Of a DNA stretch of 64,000 nucleotides, positions 58,154 through 64,000 are shown one piece after another. The stretch lies in assembly GCF_038025025.1 (NCBI RefSeq), contig NW_027117339.1, positions 372,001-436,000 of the forward strand, in the 5' to 3' direction. The DNA comes from Phyllosticta citribraziliensis. Its lineage: Eukaryota. Position numbers and translations under genes: made by a program. Each line of letters starts with the position of its first letter. The first letter of the stretch is position 1. Below the pieces are notes generated by a model. The model saw only the letters and a list, made by a program, of their open reading frames with translations. It was not told the origin of the DNA and made no database searches.

Positions 58154-58269
58154 TGTTGGGGGTGGCAGCAAAGCGGGCGGTGAAGTGGTTGTCGACACAG
58201 TCTCTCCACAGAACTTTACTCGATTTCTTGGCGGCCGTCGCGGGGCGCAAATCACCCGCGCCCGCCGAC

Positions 58270-59062
58270 ATGTCTTCCCCACAAGACACGGATCCCAACG
58301 ACTACATCTTCTATCTCTGGTCTCACGCTCCCAGAATGGCACATACCGGAGCTCGCCCAAAGAAGTACTGCTTCGTAACCATCGGCGCCACCGCAGCCTT
58401 TGATATCTTGATCAAAGCGTGCCTCGAACCCGACTTTCTCGCCGCCCTTTCCGCCGCGGGCTATACAAACTTGCTCCTGCAGTACGGCAAACATGGCAAG
58501 CCCTTGTTCAACGAGCTGGTTGCAAATAAAGAAAAGCTCGGGAGTCCTGGGATCGAGATTGAAGGCTTCGGATTCTCTCAATATGGCTTGATAGAGCACA
58601 TGAAGCTCGCAAAAGGCGGCCCTCTCGATGGAAGCAATGAGGGCCTGGTGATTAGCCATGCCGGTACGCATCATCAGCTGGGTATCTTCTCAGTGTCCAA
58701 TAACAGCTTTCTTACACCGTCTCCTAGGTTCTGGCTCGATCCTCGATGCTTTGCGGCTGAACGTCCCTCTTATTGTGGTGCCAAACCCGACCTTACTGGA
58801 TAATCATCAACTGGAACTGGCTGAGATACTCGAGCAGCAGGGCTACGTCATCCACGGAAAGCTAGAGTGAGCATTCTATGGACAAGGAAACATCGTAGTT
58901 TTGAGGCTGACGTCCCGTTGCAGCAACCTTGTTTCGGCCATTCAGGAGGCAGAAGATCTTCGAGAGAGACAAAGATCGTGGCCTCCTATTAATAGTGGAC
59001 AACACCGAGCCGCTCAGGGGCTTCAGGGTGTGATGGACGAGGAAATGGGCTTCCTTGACTAG
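58270..59062 (+). CDS. alg13: UDP-N-acetylglucosamine transferase subunit Alg13 (GT28 C-terminal domain). Introns 58664-58727, 58867-58923. Alternative start 58336
   Basis: [53 protein letters not shown]. The last exon ends [11 protein letters not shown] (TAG 59060-59062). Confidence 0.93.
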
Positions 59063-60285
59063 TCCCATGATTGGTGCGCAACAGCCGCCTTGCCAAGTTT
59101 CCTCTCAACATCGCCTCAGGAGCTGGCGAATACGATTTGGCGCAGCCACAGGACCGCAAAATCGCCATTCACGACGCATTACGATTGGATATTTCAAAAG
59201 ACGCGCCACGGAAAACGCCTCGGTGCTGAACAGCTCTCCTCCCGCATCAACCTCTGTTGACAATTCGCGCAACAATACTGGCCAATGCAGCTGCAGCATC
59301 CGATACTGCAGCATCAAGGCAGTGCTCGTTGCCTAGACGGGGCACAAGTCGCCCCAGGCACCGAGCTGAAGAGGACGGTTCGCGTTATGGACAGTTTCTG
59401 AAAACATGGTTTCGCGATTGGTCAGCTCTCCGAGGCATTGGAAATCGCTGATTTGGCTTGGGCGAGAACCCAGGCTTTGGACTTGATTGGTAGCGCGACT
59501 GACGACAGTCGGACTCACGGCGCGGGACAAGCGGCAATGATGACAGGCCGTCGTCGGGTTGCTTGTGGCTTCGGCTGAGCGCTTGCATTGGCGAACTGAT
59601 ATGGAGCGATCGAGACGGCGACATGGTTTTGGAGCACGCTGAGTAAAGCCATGCAGTGCCATCACCAATTCTGCGCCCTACATCGCCGACTAACGCCCAA
59701 TGGTAAAGTGAGAACAGCCCAAGCTTTCTCAAGCTTTTGCCAAGTGAGCATCCCCGTCCGGCTCCTCGACTTCGGTAAAGTGTGCCGTGCTGAGGGTATG
59801 ACGGCGTCCATCCCCGCCACCCCGCTATCCAGCATCTCACTGTGGGTCAAGGCGCAGACAGGGCCTCCACTGCTTGCATCAACACCGCGCCATCGAGCTA
59901 TCACCTTCCGTCGCTGGCGTTTGCTATATTCTGGGCTAATTGGATTTGCGAGATTGAAAATTTTGGACCATATTCCAATCATTTTTGCCCAAGCACTTCT
60001 CACGGCCCAACATGTTTGGTTTCTCGCCGAGACTTGATTTCCCAGCTTTTGAATAATTATTACTCCCTAGCACCGGGCACTAACACTGGACCATGTCAGG
60101 CCGCTGTAAGCCCGGCAAGCCCGGCAGCGGTATGCATGCTATCTATTCTCCATGACTTTCCCTGGTGAGGTACCATCTATGGTTTGGCACCTAGATGTGA
60201 CCGCAGCACAAGTGTCGGTCATGCGTGCGTCATCTTTCATAGGTCTGCAATGCGACCTCAGCGACTGGTCTGCCTTCTCTGTCTT

Positions 60286-60295
60286 TATATATATA
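60286..60295 (+). promoter_or_regulatory. TATA-like element upstream of oxalate decarboxylase
   Basis: TATATATATA about 90 bp before the ATG, followed by a pyrimidine-rich leader. Confidence 0.55.
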
Positions 60296-60383
60296 CTCGC
60301 TTTCTTACCGGCCCGTTAAGCTCGCTGCGTTTTGTTCTCCCTCCATTTGTTCACATCTTTTTGTCCAATTTTCAAAAGCCAAG

Positions 60384-62007
60384 ATGAAGTATCCGAGTAG
60401 CCTTCTCAGCTCGCTTTCTGTTGCTCTGCTGCTGGGAGAGACAACTGCTCTGCCTGCCCCACAAAATCAGAACAACGCAGCAGGAAACGAGGGACTCGTC
60501 GCTGGACCCCCTGGTGCATCTGGAGAGCTCCGAGGACCAGCTTCACTCCGAGGCTACAATCCTTCGAATCCATTGACACAGGAGACGACCGTGATTCCAA
60601 CCTCGGACTTTGAGCTCGCCCCTGGACAGTCTGAGGATGCAGACGTTGGACTGTACCTCGACCTGTCTTCGGTCAGAAACCCTCAGCCGATCCGTGGGAG
60701 CACGGATGCTCCTACTGACCCTGGTCCGCGTAAGTATTATTTCTCCTGACCACGAGGAACGTAAATGAGATTGGTAACAAAAGCTGGAAAGCACTGAAAT
60801 GCAGCCTTCAAGAAGCCTTCTCAGTTCAGTTTCGAAATCGTCTGCAAGTTTCTTGACTGACATATAACTAGGCACCGAGGCTTACGACAGGCTGAACAGT
60901 GACTTGTTCGCCCCTCCAGGCACTGACAAGGGCGATGTCCCCAATGCCAAGTGGCCCATGGGAATATCTCACAACCGTCAAGGGCTTCGTAGCGCAGGCT
61001 GGGCTCGCCAACAAAACGTCAATGAGCTGCCCGTCGCGACTGCCATGGCGGGCGTAGACATGCGTCTCGAACCCAACGCCTACCGCGAACTGCACTGGCA
61101 CAAGCAGAACGAGTGGGCGCTCATGCTAAACGGGAGCGTCCGGATAGCTTCCATGGACGAAGACGGCCAGTCCTTCGTCGACGACCTGCAAGCCGGCGAC
61201 GTGTGGTTCTTCCCGGCCGGCAAACCGCACTCGATCCAAGCTTTCGAGAACGGCTGCGAATTCCTGCTCGTCTTTGATGATGGCAAGTTCAGCGAGGACG
61301 GCACGTTCCTCGTCTCGGAGCTCTTTGCGCGCAACCCGCGCTCTGTTCTCGCAAAAAACTTCCGGACGGACCTGCAGGCACTGGAAAAGATCCCCGACGA
61401 GCAGCTGTACATTTTCCCGGGCACACCCGCGCCGCAAAACATCTCAGAGCAGAATGTGACGGGCCCCGCGGGCTCGATTCCCGTCGTGGACAGCTACAGC
61501 TACCACCTGAGCGCCCAGGAGCCGTACCGCGTGCCCGGCGGGACGGTCAAAATCATCGACCCTAAATCATTCCCGATCGCATCCAACTTTGCGGCCGCAC
61601 TCTTTGAGATTGAGCCCGGCGCCATGCGCGAGCTGCACTGGCACACGACGAGCGACGAGTGGTCGTTCTTCATCAGCGGCCAGGGCCGCGTCACCGTCTT
61701 CGACGCGCCTGAGAGCTCGCGCACGTTCGACTTCAGCGCCGGCGACGTCGGATACGTGCCCGTGCCCGACTCGCACTACATCGAGAACACGGGCAACGAG
61801 ACACTCGTCTATCTCGAGGTGCTGTTGGCGCCCGTGTACAACGATATCAGCGTCGCCCAGTGGTTGGGTCTGACGCCGAGCCAGATTGTCAAGGACCACT
61901 TGAACGTTGATGATGCGTTTATTGATAAGCTGCCCCGGACGAAGCAGTTTATCTTGCCCGGGGACAAGAATTTGCTGCAGACTGATTTCAACGATGAGCC
62001 GTTGTAG
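60384..62007 (+). CDS. oxdC: Secreted oxalate decarboxylase (Mn-binding bicupin). Intron 60730-60871
   Basis: Signal peptide MKYPSSLLSSLSVALLLGETTALP. Two cupin motifs, RELHWHKQNEW..PHSIQ and RELHWHTTSDEW..SHYIEN. Also GWARQQN and the lid FSEDGTF. Confidence 0.95.
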
Positions 62008-63716
62008 CGTTTTGCGAGGCATGGGGTTGTAAGTTGTTGGTAATGTCATGGGGGTGCATTGGACGACTTTCTGTCCATACGATCGTTATGACCGACACTG
62101 CTGCGATCTGTCCGTTCGCCGGCCTGTCTCTATTTCTTGTTGAATCTTGTAACCTTCCCTGTCCTTATACCATTCTGTCCATTTATTGTCAACTCTTCCG
62201 TTTTCATGTCTCGATGCTGTCTGTGTACATGCACGCATTCTTACTCAGCGCTCCCTCGCAGTCCCACACCAAGTTCACAATTACGCCTATTTAGAACCAT
62301 CGATTTGTGCAATCGAATATTCAAACAAGACAGTCAGACATCTCATCCACGATCTTTCCTCAGGTGCTCGTCCAGCGGATGGTTAGACATCTGATCCCTG
62401 TCACCCTCTTAGCCAGCGAATGCCTGTCCAATCCTGCCTCGTCCATCCAAGCAATCGTTGCTTCCCAGCCACAGCAAAATCAACCTGGAGTGGACGAGAC
62501 CGCGCCCATTGGGTGTGCAGACAGATGAATGGGTTCGGTACACGCATGGCCGGCTCGGTCTTCGGAGGGGATACACAGGTAAGGCGACAACAGCGACGAG
62601 GCGGTGCCGTGGCTTGCTGTTGGTAACAAACGGATGGTAGGCATTGGTGCCAGCCACACACATTACTACCTGTCTTACTCTGCACGCAAGATGGGATTCA
62701 GGCCGCCCTCTTCTTGCGCCTCGTCCTCGCGTCTGTCCCAGGGAGCGAGCGTACTGGCTGGCTAGAGCAGATCAGCTCCAGGCAGCAGCAGCAGCGGCAA
62801 CGGCTCATTAGCAGCAGACCCTCATGTTCTTGCGGCCGCCGCGCGTGCCGACGCCCTGCCAGACGACTGAAATAGGTCTGCTGTGGAAAGAACAGGAAAG
62901 GGCAAACAGGCAGAGGCAGATGGTCTAGACTTGCTGCGTGCGCAGACGGATTTGCGAGTGCGCTTCGAGCACATTGTAGCCACCGAAGCGTCGCTTGTGA
63001 AACAGGCGGGAGGGCGCCGGCAGCACCTGTTCAAGCGAAATATGGTGACTTGCATCTTCAGTTGCGCGGTGAAGTTTGCTGTCCATGTAGTCCCAAGCTA
63101 TGTTAAGGGTCGCGAACGCTATACTGGGAGATGGAGCAAGAGGTGGCGCTGTCGGATAGGGAGGTGACGAGGCTTCGAGAGCTGGCAGAAGAGCAAATGC
63201 GTAAATAGTCGCCAGAAAAACCGACGCCGTATACGTGGATCGAAACAGTGCCAATCACGGCGAAAGCGTGACCGAGCAAATGAGTGAGCAAAGTACGGAG
63301 ATTCTATCCATTTACTGTCCCCGCGTTAACTGAACCACTGCCAGGCAAACGAGCTGTTCATCCGATTGGGTGGTGCGTCATGTGTCAAGAAGCAGTATTG
63401 TGGCCGTTGTTGGAGCCGTACGAGCGATGATTGAAAATTGATGAGGCTTCGGTACTCGTGCGGACAACTCGGACTCGGATGTTTCGTCGCGCGAAGGTGG
63501 CATTTTGGGCTGTTGTCTTTGCCAAGCTCGTTGTTGCTCGTTGGGCGCTGGACGGAGGGCGGATAGGTACCCAGCGAGGAGCTGCTTGGCAGCCGCGGAC
63601 TTGGCCTAGATGTTGGGTGCAAACAACACTCTAGAAGGACAGGGGGCAGATGACTTGAAGAGAAAAAGTGGTGGTAGGAGAATTGCAGACATGAAGAGGT
63701 TGGATTGATCCTGACT

Positions 63717-64000
63717 CTACTTGCCCGGCTTGTCATCCCTCTCGACTCGAAAGTTCCTCATGGCCGTGTCGAGTTGCGACATGGCTCTAGCTGCCCGCTG
63801 CACCGCCGCAGGCAATACGTTCATCCAATCCATGAAGCACGCATACAAGGGGAAGCTCAGCTCGCCTCCTTCTCCCGCATCCACCATCTTCATAATCGCG
63901 TTGGCCACCTCGACGGGCTCCACGACGGGCCCGACAAAGTTGGACGGGGAGGCCATTGTCCCAAATAGGGGCGTAGCAAGCTGTCCCGGGGTGACGAGGA
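63717..64000 (-). CDS. C-terminal part of a short-chain dehydrogenase/reductase (gene begins beyond the window end)
   Basis: LVTPGQLATPLFG..PSNFVGPVVEPVEVANAI..G..GELSFPLYA....LP resembles the C-terminus of fungal retinol-dehydrogenase-like SDRs. Confidence 0.75.
   Translation of the reverse strand, partial: LVTPGQLATPLFGTMASPSNFVGPVVEPVEVANAIMKMVDAGEGGELSFPLYACFMDWMNVLPAAVQRAARAMSQLDTAMRNFRVERDDKPGK

Noticed and set aside
62925..63254. 109-aa minus-strand ORF with a signal-peptide-like start
   Set aside because: It begins at TTG with no in-frame upstream ATG or clear upstream exon, and has no recognisable domain.
1..64000. tRNA, 5S rRNA, snRNA, telomerase template and transposase/retroelement signatures
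   Set aside because: By-eye scanning found no T-loop/cloverleaf, U6 or 5S hallmark, TAACCCTAA template, or RT/integrase/DDE motif. A covariance-model search would be needed to exclude them fully.

Overview
Eukaryotic, intron-containing DNA from a filamentous ascomycete. The short GT..CTRAC..YAG introns and the gene set suggest Pezizomycotina, probably a Dothideomycete (inference). Hand splicing supports about 18 protein-coding genes: 5' part of top2, rrn11-like, a RING-H2 E3 ligase, a Zn2Cys6 transcription factor, an APSES/Xbp1-like transcription factor, a CPYC-type GST, a truncated zinc-cluster protein with a C-terminal membrane anchor, ilv5, ubc12, a DUF218/YOR238W-like gene, a class III chitin synthase, rib7, a serine racemase/SRY1-like gene, a tandem-domain hypothetical protein, rsm24, alg13, a secreted oxalate decarboxylase, and the 3' end of an SDR. 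There is also one candidate 98-aa orphan gene. Two long gene-poor tracts (7.6-20.8 kb and 23.3-32.4 kb) lie upstream of the two plus-strand transcription factors. I found no tRNA, rRNA, CRISPR array or recognisable transposon. I cannot demonstrate a new multi-gene system. The best leads are a 427-nt structured intron in the DUF218-like gene, the apparently membrane-tethered half zinc-cluster factor, and the orphan small gene with an upstream motif cluster and a downstream minisatellite. All family assignments come from motif recall, not database searches.
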